A stretch of DNA of 64,000 nucleotides, taken from the NCBI GenBank assembly GCA_041648595.1, contig JBAZOQ010000003.1:1042-65041 (forward strand), read 5' to 3'. This stretch comes from Minisyncoccota bacterium (GTDB lineage Bacteria > Patescibacteriota > Minisyncoccia > Phycocordibacterales > UBA9973). Shown piece after piece: positions 9,861 through 17,791 of this stretch. The position numbers and the translations under genes are program-made. The notes under the pieces were generated by a model. That model saw only the letters and a program-made list of their open reading frames with translations, had not been told where the DNA came from and did not search any database. The stretch's first letter is position 1. The number at the start of each line of letters is the position of its first letter.

Positions 9861-9955
9861 AACACAAAGCAATACTTTCTTTGACATACGCTACTTAAAG
9901 ATACTTAATGACGTCAAGTTCGAGTGCGAGTCATAAGAAAGTATTGCTTTGTGTT
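9861..9955. repeat. Repeat family F1 copy 2: 21-bp perfect inverted repeat enclosing CATACGCTACTTAAAG…GTTCGAGTGCGAG; A-run/T-run flanks
   Basis: aacacaaagcaatactttct…agaaagtattgctttgtgtt stem read directly; lies between tRNA-Thr and prfB start. Confidence 0.6.
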
Positions 9956-9966
9956 TTTTTTGCATG

Positions 9967-10039
9967 AGCCGCTGGAAAGACTTGCACTTTCGACCCTCAA
10001 TTTACGAAATTGATGCTCTACTGCCTGAGCTACAGCGGC
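9967..10039 (-). tRNA. tRNA-Thr (anticodon CGU)
   Basis: Manual fold of the reverse complement: acceptor GCCGCTG/CAGCGGC, D arm GCTC-AGGCAGTA-GAGC, anticodon loop TTCGTAA, T arm GAAAG-TGCAAGT-CTTTC; no encoded CCA. Confidence 0.75.
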
Positions 10040-10046
10040 TTATTAA

Positions 10047-10083
10047 ATAAACACAAAATATTTTGTATTTATTCCTACTAGAG
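10047..10083. repeat. Repeat family F4 copy 1: palindromic AATAAACACAAAATATTTTGTATTTATT + CCTACTAGAG, adjacent to tRNA-Thr(CGU)
   Basis: Near-identical 38-nt sequence at 20041-20089 next to tRNA-Thr(GGU). Confidence 0.55.
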
Positions 10084-10349
10084 TCCCTCTTAAACAATAC
10101 TAAAACTTACTTTATCAAAAATTAAGCAAAAAAGCTAAATATAAATCTCGTTTAGGAGTGAATTATCATTATTGACCAGAATGGCACTATCTGTGTTCCT
10201 AGAGCTTTCTAGGACATCAAGAAGCACATTGGCAGCAGAATGTGCTGTATCCTCGGGTGCAGGCTCGGTGGGCTCTTGGGGGCTTGGTGGAATAGAGTTT
10301 TCTTCGGGAGTTGGGTTTTGGGTTGTGTTTTGGTTGTCGGGCATAAAAA

Positions 10350-10826
10350 TTACTTATCATTAATATATCTAACTTCATTTGAAATCATTTTTTTTGCTTT
10401 AAAATCTTCTCCGAAACTTTTAGGGAGAACGCGGATATTGTCTGCCGGATTTACCCAAACTATTTCAGCAATTTCGTGAGCGTGAGAACGAGCAAGTTTT
10501 TCAGTATTCAAATAATCTTTTCCATTTTTTATCTCAAAGAAAAATTCAATATATTGCTTGCCGTCCGTTTGTGTAAAATTGTTTATATAAAGCAGTTTAC
10601 CTATTTCTGGTTTTACTCCCAACTCTTCAATTATTTCCCGAGACAAACATTCTTTTATATCTTCTCCCCATTCTAAATGACCACCCGGAAGCGCAGCAAA
10701 GCTTGTATCATGAGGATGTCGCACGGCTAAAAGTTTTCCTTCGTGTAAAATAATCGCTCGAACTTTGATAATAATTTTCTTTTCGTTTTCCATAAGTTTA
10801 TTATAACACCTCATAACTCCTGCCAA
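10350..10826 (-). CDS. NUDIX hydrolase
   Basis: Nudix box GGHLEWGEDIKECLSREIIEELGV; close paralog of 40046..40492. Confidence 0.75.
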   Translation of the reverse strand: MAGVMRCYNKLMENEKKIIIKVRAIILHEGKLLAVRHPHDTSFAALPGGHLEWGEDIKECLSREIIEELGVKPEIGKLLYINNFTQTDGKQYIEFFFEIKNGKDYLNTEKLARSHAHEIAEIVWVNPADNIRVLPKSFGEDFKAKKMISNEVRYINDK

Positions 10827-10876
10827 GGTTCATGAGCTTCGTCATATCTAGCCTAGTTTCATCCATATTATTTATA

Positions 10877-11272
10877 TTAAAATAAATGTTTATACTGGGG
10901 ATAATTACTTTTTATAAATTTTTTCCACTCTCCAGTTTCTTTATTGCTACTAGATAAATCCGTCTTACCATATACTAACAAAATAGCCACAAACTTGTCT
11001 TTCTTGTGCCAAGCCACAATACACCTATTCCCCGACGTTTTTGCTGATTCTTTTGAATTTACTATTCTAAATTTAGTTTTTACTATTTTTATAATATCAG
11101 CATCAACCATTGTTTCTGCCCTATCGGTGAGCAAAAGATTATCAATACGTTCAAGTTCAGCGATAATAGCACGCAATGTAACATCCCAATATTTATTGTA
11201 TTTCTTCTCAAAACTTTTTATGAAGTGCTTTTCTGTAAAAGCTTCAATTCTTACAAAATAATTGCTCTCCAT
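10877..11272 (-). CDS. Hypothetical protein, 4 nt downstream of the XRE–Panacea gene (candidate toxin partner)
   Basis: 131 aa, no recognisable motif; position only. Confidence 0.3.
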   Translation of the reverse strand: MESNYFVRIEAFTEKHFIKSFEKKYNKYWDVTLRAIIAELERIDNLLLTDRAETMVDADIIKIVKTKFRIVNSKESAKTSGNRCIVAWHKKDKFVAILLVYGKTDLSSSNKETGEWKKFIKSNYPQYKHLF

Positions 11273-11275
11273 AAA

Positions 11276-11968
11276 TTAATATACTAAACCTGGATCCTCT
11301 TGAGTAATAAGTTCGTAAGGAATGAGTTCATTTTCTCTACATAAAAAATATGGCAATTGATTGTGTGTGAAGTTTACAATTTCTTGTGTTTTTTTACCTT
11401 TCCACTTTTCTGTGATTTTTTTCATTAAAGATTTTTCTTCGGTGGAAATTGTTTGAATTTTCTCATTCTTATTACTCTCCAATTCGCTTACCAAAAAACA
11501 TTCTTTACCATTTTCATTTTTATGATCAATATGAATTTTTCCATCAGACTCAAGCTCGTCTAGGGCACGAAAGAATACATCCGGAACAGGACCATAAGCA
11601 ATTTTTCTATATTGCATTCCGCTCATACTCTCTAAGTGGTCATAGAACCAAGCAAAATCTGTCAAGTAAAGTAATTTTGCAAGTTTTGTCTTGGGAATTT
11701 TTCCATCACTAGATACATTCATCCGGAGAAACGAGAGTATCATATGTTTATACTTTTGAAGATTGGAAATATTTCCTGACGATAATTCATCAACACCAAT
11801 TCCAAAAAGCGTGGCAAGTTTTTTCGCTTCATCCAAACTAAGTTCTTGCTTGCCAGCCTCAATAGAGCTATATGTTGGTCGCGAAACCCCTATCGCTTTT
11901 GCAATTTGCTCTTGACTTAATCCGTTATTTTTTCTTAACTCTTTAATTTTTTCTATATACTTAATCAT
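11276..11968 (-). CDS. XRE-family HTH regulator fused to a Panacea/DUF4065-like C-terminal domain (ORF track gives 12070; likely true start is M at 11968)
   Basis: HTH: LSQEQIAKAIGVSRPTYSSIEAG; C-terminal KLAKLLYLTDFAWFYD…YGPVPDVF resembles DUF4065; 40-bp perfect palindrome centred on the 11968 ATG. Confidence 0.55.
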   Translation of the reverse strand: MIKYIEKIKELRKNNGLSQEQIAKAIGVSRPTYSSIEAGKQELSLDEAKKLATLFGIGVDELSSGNISNLQKYKHMILSFLRMNVSSDGKIPKTKLAKLLYLTDFAWFYDHLESMSGMQYRKIAYGPVPDVFFRALDELESDGKIHIDHKNENGKECFLVSELESNKNEKIQTISTEEKSLMKKITEKWKGKKTQEIVNFTHNQLPYFLCRENELIPYELITQEDPGLVY

Positions 11969-11980
11969 ATGATTAAGTAT
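11941..11980. promoter_or_regulatory. 40-bp perfect palindrome ttttctatatacttaatcat|atgattaagtatatagaaaa overlapping the start codon of the XRE regulator (candidate autoregulatory operator)
   Basis: Read directly; the second half is the exact reverse complement of the first. Confidence 0.5.
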
Positions 11981-12054
11981 ATAGAAAACTTGTAAAAAAG
12001 TCAAGCAAAAACTGTTGATAACTTGACATATAAAAAGATATAATGCCAACTTTT

Positions 12055-12147
12055 TTACAACTCTTGCCAAAGTTCATGAGCTTCGTCAACATCTAGTCCA
12101 GTTTCGTCCATAAGTTCTTGAAGTTCCTCCGCTTCGTCTTTACTCAT
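12055..12147 (-). CDS. Small acidic ORF (30 aa, MSKDEAEELQELMDETGLDVDEAHELWQEL) with strong SD AGGAGGAT
   Basis: Hand translation; the sequence encoding its C-terminal half (repeat F5, 12065-12111) has a degenerate, frameshifted copy at 10821-10865. Confidence 0.4.
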   Translation of the reverse strand: MSKDEAEELQELMDETGLDVDEAHELWQEL

Positions 12148-12215
12148 ATCCTCCTCTGAAGTTTATCCGTCCTCTGGCGGGCTTTTTCGAATACTTCGTC
12201 GTCCATAATAAAATA

Positions 12216-12515
12216 TTATGTAAATAGTTTTCCCGATGTATTCGCTAATGTTACTTTTGCTAACTGACATATTTCATCAATGGATGCGCCATTTTCTTTT
12301 AGCCCATAAAAATGATTTTCACCAAGCAGTATATACTCCCAAACCCTATCCATTCTGTCCTCGGAATTTAATTTGTTTATTCTTTGAACCCAATCAAGTG
12401 TTGCCAGTTGTTTTTGTTTAACATTTGGATCATGTAAATCTTTATCAGACTTTGTTTCAATGATATACATTTTTTCTGAAGTTTTCACAATAAAGTCGGG
12501 GCTATATAAAGACAA
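12216..12515 (-). pseudogene. Stand-alone PD-(D/E)xK nuclease-domain fragment homologous to the C-terminus of the adjacent Res subunit (likely remnant)
   Basis: YSPDFIVKTSEKMYIIETK… aligns with Res C-terminus FYPDYLVKLTGGRLGLFEVK…; only 99 aa, no helicase part. Confidence 0.4.
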
Positions 12516-12608
12516 AAACCCATCTGTCCTTATATAAACTAAATGAGCAAAATTATGATAATACTCATTGACTTATACCAACCGCTTGGTATACTACTTA
12601 AAGTATCG

Positions 12609-12647
12609 AAAAAGGGGCGTCGACCGTTAGGACGATGGCCCTTTTTC
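12609..12647. terminator. GC-rich hairpin flanked by A-run and T-run (bidirectional rho-independent terminator) after res
   Basis: aaaaaggggcgtcg…cgatggccctttttc. Confidence 0.55.
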
Positions 12648-12711
12648 ATTTGGTAATTCATCTTTATTTTCCAATACTTCTCCATTGTCTTTTTCAACAA
12701 AAACATTAAAA

Positions 12712-15063
12712 TTATAACTTCAAAACTTCCCATTCATCCCAATTGCCACGCTCGCATTTTCCCCAATCAAAAATCTTGTTATCATTAATTAGCCATATGT
12801 GATTTTTTTGTATAACAATACCGCCAAATAATTTTTTATTTTTTTGACCTGTCATATATTTTTGCAAAGCTTCAGCTTTGGCTTTGGTGTAGGTTTTTCC
12901 ATCACGATCGCCAGCATCCTTAACTTCAAACAAACCAAGACGACCACCAGTCAATTTAACTAAGTAGTCGGGATAAAAAGTATAAATGCTGTTTTGATAT
13001 TCATACTTAACGCCAAAATAATCCTGCTTGTTTTCACCATTTTTCCACCACCAATCAATTTTTGAAGCATTGGTGTTTAAAAAAGTTTCAAACTCTCTTT
13101 CTGGATTAGACCGATCAGTATTTAAATAGCACGGCTCGTAAGCATAATTTTTAACCTTAATTATTTCGTCGGTATATTCATTATAGAATTGCTCGTTTTG
13201 AAGTTCAAAAGAATATTTTTGCTCACTTTCTTCAACACGCTTGCGGACTTCATTTTCTTTGACTATTACATATTCGCTAATAGCTTTTGACAGTATATGT
13301 TCAAATACAATTCTGTTTTTATTATTCAAAAATATTTTTTGGGTTAATAGAGACGGGTCAGGCCAATTTTCAGCATCAAGATTATTATTAAACCAAAGAT
13401 AAATAGCCGTTTTAACAGCTGGAACAGAACGCTTAACATTTTTAAACGATCCTAAATTATTTTTAATAACTTGTTCAAATAAAATCTGTAATTCATCAGT
13501 CGCGACATTTAATCTAGCCCAAGCATCGGGATTTACTTTTCCCTCGATCTGATCGAAACTTTTTACATCAAGAGATGTGTCAGCAATTAATTCTTGTTGG
13601 TACTTTTTAATATCAAGATTAATGTCTTTATTTTCAACTGCTTTTATATTTTCTTTAAGTTTTCCATTTTTAGTAATGCCAAAATACGCATTCGCTGTCT
13701 TTTCAAATACTGGCACAAAACTTGAAGTAATGTCGCCATAATCAGCACGAGCTTTATAGTATGATTCAATTTTAATAGGTTTGTATTTCTTAATGCGAGT
13801 TGCTTTGAGATGTTTAATAATATTTGGATTGTATTCTTCTTTTTTAACTGAAATTGACAGTAAGTTGGTATAAATATAACCCTTATTTAAAATTTCATTA
13901 TCATAATGTTTTTGTTCTGGCATTCTCAAAATACGACCAACAGTTTGTATTTCAAAAACAATGTTGTGTGTCTCTCGGAATTTAACCAAAATGTGAGCCC
14001 GAGGACAATCCCAGCCGGTATCAATGGCTTGTTTGAAAATTAAAAATTCAATTTCATTGTTCGGTTCGGAAATCCAATCAATCAGCTCTGATTTTTGTTC
14101 GGCTAACCAAACAGCAAGTTTGCCATTGCCATGTCCATCTTTTCGTTCAGTGATATTTTTACTAGCTAAAAACTTCTTAATCGCTTCAATTTTTTGCTCA
14201 CCGGCTTCGGCTGTTGGAATTTGCACCAAAACTAGAGGATTTATATTTGAACCTTCTTTTTTAAACGCTTTCAAAAGCTCAAGTCGCTTTTGAAAGGATG
14301 CTTCTAACACAGCTGTCTCTGAATCTTCTTCTAATTTTGCAATTTTTTCTATATCTTCATTAATTATCAATTCTTTTTTTATCATTCCTTCCTCAATTAC
14401 ATCTTTAGAATTTACTTTCACAAAACCTGCTTTGGTTTCAAACAACTGAGCCACAGTCGGTATTAATTTTGGCGTAGCGCTCATTTCCATAACAAGATCA
14501 GCCGAAATAATCTGTCGTAATTCTTGAGCTCTTTCGCTAGTAGCATTTGTGTGACTTTCATCAATAATCAAAATTATTTTTCTCTGTTGTTCTCTGGTTT
14601 TTTCCAATACATCACGGAAATTTAATTTTTCGCCATCTTTCATTAAAAGCACTTTCCATTCGCCAGTCTTACTGTCTTTGCTTCGCAATTTTTCCCAATT
14701 AGCCACCACAACTTCATTTTTAACAATTCTCTCTCGTCCACCTGAAAATTCTTCCTCAGCTAAAGTAACCCGAGGAAATCCAGCAAAAACTTTTTCCAAA
14801 GAGTGCTTGCTCTGCAAATGCAGTTCGCCTTTGCCAATACTCATCCACACGAAACAAATATCGTCATTGGGAAGTTCTTTGATAAGTCCTTCAATAAATT
14901 TAGCAGTCATGATAGTTTTACCCGAACCGGTAGGAGCTTGAAAAACCAAGGCTTCGCCCGGTCCGTCAAAATTTAACAACTTAACGGCAGTTTCAATCAA
15001 CTGATCAACGGCTTTTTCTTGATATGGTTTAAGATTAATATTCATAAATTTGTTTATAGACAT
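12712..15063 (-). CDS. res: Type III restriction enzyme Res subunit (SF2 helicase + C-terminal PD-(D/E)xK endonuclease)
   Basis: Walker A QAPTGSGKT, DEAH-like IIDESH, C-terminal PD…EVK; overlaps mod by 29 nt. Confidence 0.85.
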   Translation of the reverse strand: MSINKFMNINLKPYQEKAVDQLIETAVKLLNFDGPGEALVFQAPTGSGKTIMTAKFIEGLIKELPNDDICFVWMSIGKGELHLQSKHSLEKVFAGFPRVTLAEEEFSGGRERIVKNEVVVANWEKLRSKDSKTGEWKVLLMKDGEKLNFRDVLEKTREQQRKIILIIDESHTNATSERAQELRQIISADLVMEMSATPKLIPTVAQLFETKAGFVKVNSKDVIEEGMIKKELIINEDIEKIAKLEEDSETAVLEASFQKRLELLKAFKKEGSNINPLVLVQIPTAEAGEQKIEAIKKFLASKNITERKDGHGNGKLAVWLAEQKSELIDWISEPNNEIEFLIFKQAIDTGWDCPRAHILVKFRETHNIVFEIQTVGRILRMPEQKHYDNEILNKGYIYTNLLSISVKKEEYNPNIIKHLKATRIKKYKPIKIESYYKARADYGDITSSFVPVFEKTANAYFGITKNGKLKENIKAVENKDINLDIKKYQQELIADTSLDVKSFDQIEGKVNPDAWARLNVATDELQILFEQVIKNNLGSFKNVKRSVPAVKTAIYLWFNNNLDAENWPDPSLLTQKIFLNNKNRIVFEHILSKAISEYVIVKENEVRKRVEESEQKYSFELQNEQFYNEYTDEIIKVKNYAYEPCYLNTDRSNPEREFETFLNTNASKIDWWWKNGENKQDYFGVKYEYQNSIYTFYPDYLVKLTGGRLGLFEVKDAGDRDGKTYTKAKAEALQKYMTGQKNKKLFGGIVIQKNHIWLINDNKIFDWGKCERGNWDEWEVLKL

Positions 15064-16651
15064 CTAATATTTTTTGCGGTATAGGTTCTAAAGAAACATT
15101 TTTCCAGCCAATAAAATCGCTTTTATCCAAACCAAGCGGGTCAAGAGTAAAACAATAAAAGATTTTCTCGCCGTCAATTTTATTTAACTCTTTTTTAAGT
15201 TCAGATAAAGTTTTATGTTCTAAGGCATAATATACTGCCAAAGTTTTGTCGCCTTGTTGGAAAATACGATAATCATTTGTTTTTTTAATCTCGTCAAAAA
15301 TGCCTTCTCGCAAGCAAAGCATTTCTGTACATTCTTTTGTTATGCGAATTTTGAAATCGTCTTTATTGGAAGCGTTTTTAATGAATTTAGTTTTGAAATA
15401 TTTTAAATTAGATTTTATTTTTTTTAAACGAGGATATAAATATCCATCAATTATATTCCCGTTTCCATTTTCTTTGTTATAAGTACACAAAATAAATTGT
15501 CTATTTCCTTTATCGTTTTCGTTCACTAATGAAGTAGCAACACCAGTTGTTCCAGAACCGGCAAAAAAATCTAAAATAATCCCGTTTTTATTTGGATGTA
15601 ATTTAAGTATTCTTTTTATTAAAGATAAAGGTTTTTGTGATAAAAAATTTACATATTCATCAGAACTACCTTGTAATGGTTTTATTTCTTCATCTATCCA
15701 TATATCTGACACTAACACCCCTTCTCTATCAGACAAATATTGTTTCTTTGAAAATCGTCCATTTTTTGAAGTAAAAATTAAACCTTCCTTGTCCCAATTT
15801 TCTAATTTTTGAAGTGAATAGAGCCATGGCGCTAATCTACCTTTAAATTTAACCCTTTTTCTATTTTCTGTTCTTTGTGACCCTTGTGCTTCTAACTCTA
15901 TTAATCTAAATTTTCCTTTGTCATCACTATAGCTATAAGGTTTTAACGATTTTTCATCAAAAGAACGATAAATATTATTTATTTTTAATTGGTTAATATT
16001 TTTTGCAAAAAACAAAACATATTCGTGTTGGTTCCCAAGTTCTGACGCTTGGGCTTTAGGGCTATTCGTTTTTTTCCATATTATTATATTGACAAAATTG
16101 TTCTCTCCAAAAATTTCATTCATTAATAATTTTAATTGAGCCAATTCAATAGAATCAATAGAAACTAAAATTATTCCATTTTCATTTAATAAATTTTTTG
16201 CTAGTTTTAATCGCTTACTCATAAATGAAAGCCACTTACTATGACGATAGGCATCCTCTTTGTCTACATAATTATCATCATAAACAAAGTCTTTATTCCC
16301 AGTATTATATGGCGGATCAATGTAAATAACATCAATCTTGCCTTGGTGGGTAAAATTTAAAACTGACAATGCATGATAATTATCACCCTCAATTAAAATA
16401 TTTACCGGTTTATCATTTTTGTCTTTTATTTCTTTACCTTTAATTTCTTTCAAAACTGGCAAGGCATTTTCGGCATCTTTTTCAAATTGTTCTTTGACTT
16501 TTTCCTCATCCCAAATAAGCCCATACTTTTTACGAGATTCGAGTTTTTCAACAATTTTAAGAAGTTCTTCTTTGTTAAGTTTTGAATAATCCTTGCTCAT
16601 TAAAATTTTGTTTATGGCTAGAGGTACTTGTATTATTTTGAATAATATCAC
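15035..16651 (-). CDS. mod: Type III restriction–modification Mod subunit (N6-adenine DNA methyltransferase)
   Basis: DPPY motif (IYIDPPYNTG), SAM motif FFAGSGTTG; mod-before-res order. Confidence 0.85.
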   Translation of the reverse strand: MILFKIIQVPLAINKILMSKDYSKLNKEELLKIVEKLESRKKYGLIWDEEKVKEQFEKDAENALPVLKEIKGKEIKDKNDKPVNILIEGDNYHALSVLNFTHQGKIDVIYIDPPYNTGNKDFVYDDNYVDKEDAYRHSKWLSFMSKRLKLAKNLLNENGIILVSIDSIELAQLKLLMNEIFGENNFVNIIIWKKTNSPKAQASELGNQHEYVLFFAKNINQLKINNIYRSFDEKSLKPYSYSDDKGKFRLIELEAQGSQRTENRKRVKFKGRLAPWLYSLQKLENWDKEGLIFTSKNGRFSKKQYLSDREGVLVSDIWIDEEIKPLQGSSDEYVNFLSQKPLSLIKRILKLHPNKNGIILDFFAGSGTTGVATSLVNENDKGNRQFILCTYNKENGNGNIIDGYLYPRLKKIKSNLKYFKTKFIKNASNKDDFKIRITKECTEMLCLREGIFDEIKKTNDYRIFQQGDKTLAVYYALEHKTLSELKKELNKIDGEKIFYCFTLDPLGLDKSDFIGWKNVSLEPIPQKILDVYKQIYEY

Positions 16652-17114
16652 AATTCCAACCTCTTGCCTGACAAAAAGTTATAAGCGGGATTTCTTTTAC
16701 ATCTGCGATTATTTTAAAAGTTTTTCCCCTCTCTTCTAAATCAAGGGCGGATGATGCAACTGCCAATTGGTCTCCTTGTAAATTACTATTGGAAAAAGTT
16801 TGAGTAAACTGTGAAATTGCATTTGTACTATTATAACGAGTTATATCATTATATAAATTATCTTTTTGAAAACCTGTAGTTTTTGTGAATGGATTATCAA
16901 TATTGTACTCACAACCTGTGTGAGGATTCATTAATGGCGAAAACTCAACAAAACCAGTTATTGACGGCTCATCAAAAGAATAACATTCTGCTTTCGCAGT
17001 ATATCCAAGAGACTCATTATGTTCTGGAATATAAACTTTCCAAGCTTGAGGTGAGCCTAGTGTTGTACATGCTGTAAAATTTTTATCTATCTGTGCCTGT
17101 ATCATACCAACCAT
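16575..17114 (-). CDS. Hypothetical protein (start uncertain; ORF overlaps mod start by 77 nt)
   Basis: 179-aa ORF, no motif recognised. Confidence 0.3.
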   Translation of the reverse strand: MVGMIQAQIDKNFTACTTLGSPQAWKVYIPEHNESLGYTAKAECYSFDEPSITGFVEFSPLMNPHTGCEYNIDNPFTKTTGFQKDNLYNDITRYNSTNAISQFTQTFSNSNLQGDQLAVASSALDLEERGKTFKIIADVKEIPLITFCQARGWNCDIIQNNTSTSSHKQNFNEQGLFKT

Positions 17115-17149
17115 CTTAGCACATTTTTCTTTAAAAACAAAGAGTGAAA

Positions 17150-17560
17150 TTATTTCTTTTGTGGTTTTTCTGGTTGCTTTCGACTGGTAATAAATGCTGT
17201 CGCAAGCATAGCAAGACCGGCAAGTGAAAGCCCCCCACCGAAAATAGGAAACCCTCGCAAGGCAGTGTAAACTCCGGCAATAATTACAGCCATAACAATA
17301 ATAAAACCAAAAATCACACCAAGTAAAGATTTAGTATTATCTGTTTTAATGACGGACTTTTCAATGCTCTGACGGTGTTTTACCTGTCCATCCCATTCTT
17401 CAAAAATTATCTTTGCAGAACCAGGATATATTTTTTCATACCGCTCCATAATTTCAGGAGGCGGAACAGGACCAGAGAACATTTCCCCTTTTTGTATAAC
17501 AATTTGATGATTATTATTTAAATTACCCTGCGATTGAGGTTTGTTTTGATTTGTGTTCAT
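17150..17560 (-). CDS. Hypothetical membrane protein (C-terminal 2 TM)
   Basis: Gln/Asn-rich N-terminus, two C-terminal hydrophobic helices. Confidence 0.35.
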   Translation of the reverse strand: MNTNQNKPQSQGNLNNNHQIVIQKGEMFSGPVPPPEIMERYEKIYPGSAKIIFEEWDGQVKHRQSIEKSVIKTDNTKSLLGVIFGFIIVMAVIIAGVYTALRGFPIFGGGLSLAGLAMLATAFITSRKQPEKPQKK

Positions 17561-17765
17561 AATTTTTCATTGCATTCCATAAATCATTACCTATCACTCT
17601 CCAATCCTCATGAAGAGAATTAATATCAGCTTCTTTCTCATTTAAATCATAATTATACCTAGACTGATTTGGCGATAAATCAACAATAGAAGCTATCCCA
17701 TCCACAAAAGATGGTTCTTTCTTGAAGAGTCTAAAAGTACCTTCATTCATGATAATTGTTCCCAT
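17523..17765 (-). CDS. Hypothetical small protein (80 aa) immediately downstream of the ClpP-fold protease
   Basis: ORF only. Confidence 0.25.
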   Translation of the reverse strand: MGTIIMNEGTFRLFKKEPSFVDGIASIVDLSPNQSRYNYDLNEKEADINSLHEDWRVIGNDLWNAMKNYEHKSKQTSIAG

Positions 17766-17791
17766 ATCTTTATATTAACATTATTGATAAT

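Noticed and set aside
10135-10344. Proline/Glu-rich 69-aa ORF as a functional gene
   Set aside because: Low complexity; overlapping alternative-frame ORFs on both strands; kept out of the feature list as unsupported.
12539-12733. 64-aa minus-strand ORF
   Set aside because: Spans the GC-rich terminator hairpin and overlaps the res stop; low-complexity; spurious.
14024-14941. Plus-strand ORFs inside res (89 and 87 aa)
   Set aside because: Fully nested antisense to a well-supported helicase gene; no motifs; spurious. The same applies to nested ORFs inside pyrG, mod, the 1550-aa helicase, secD and others.
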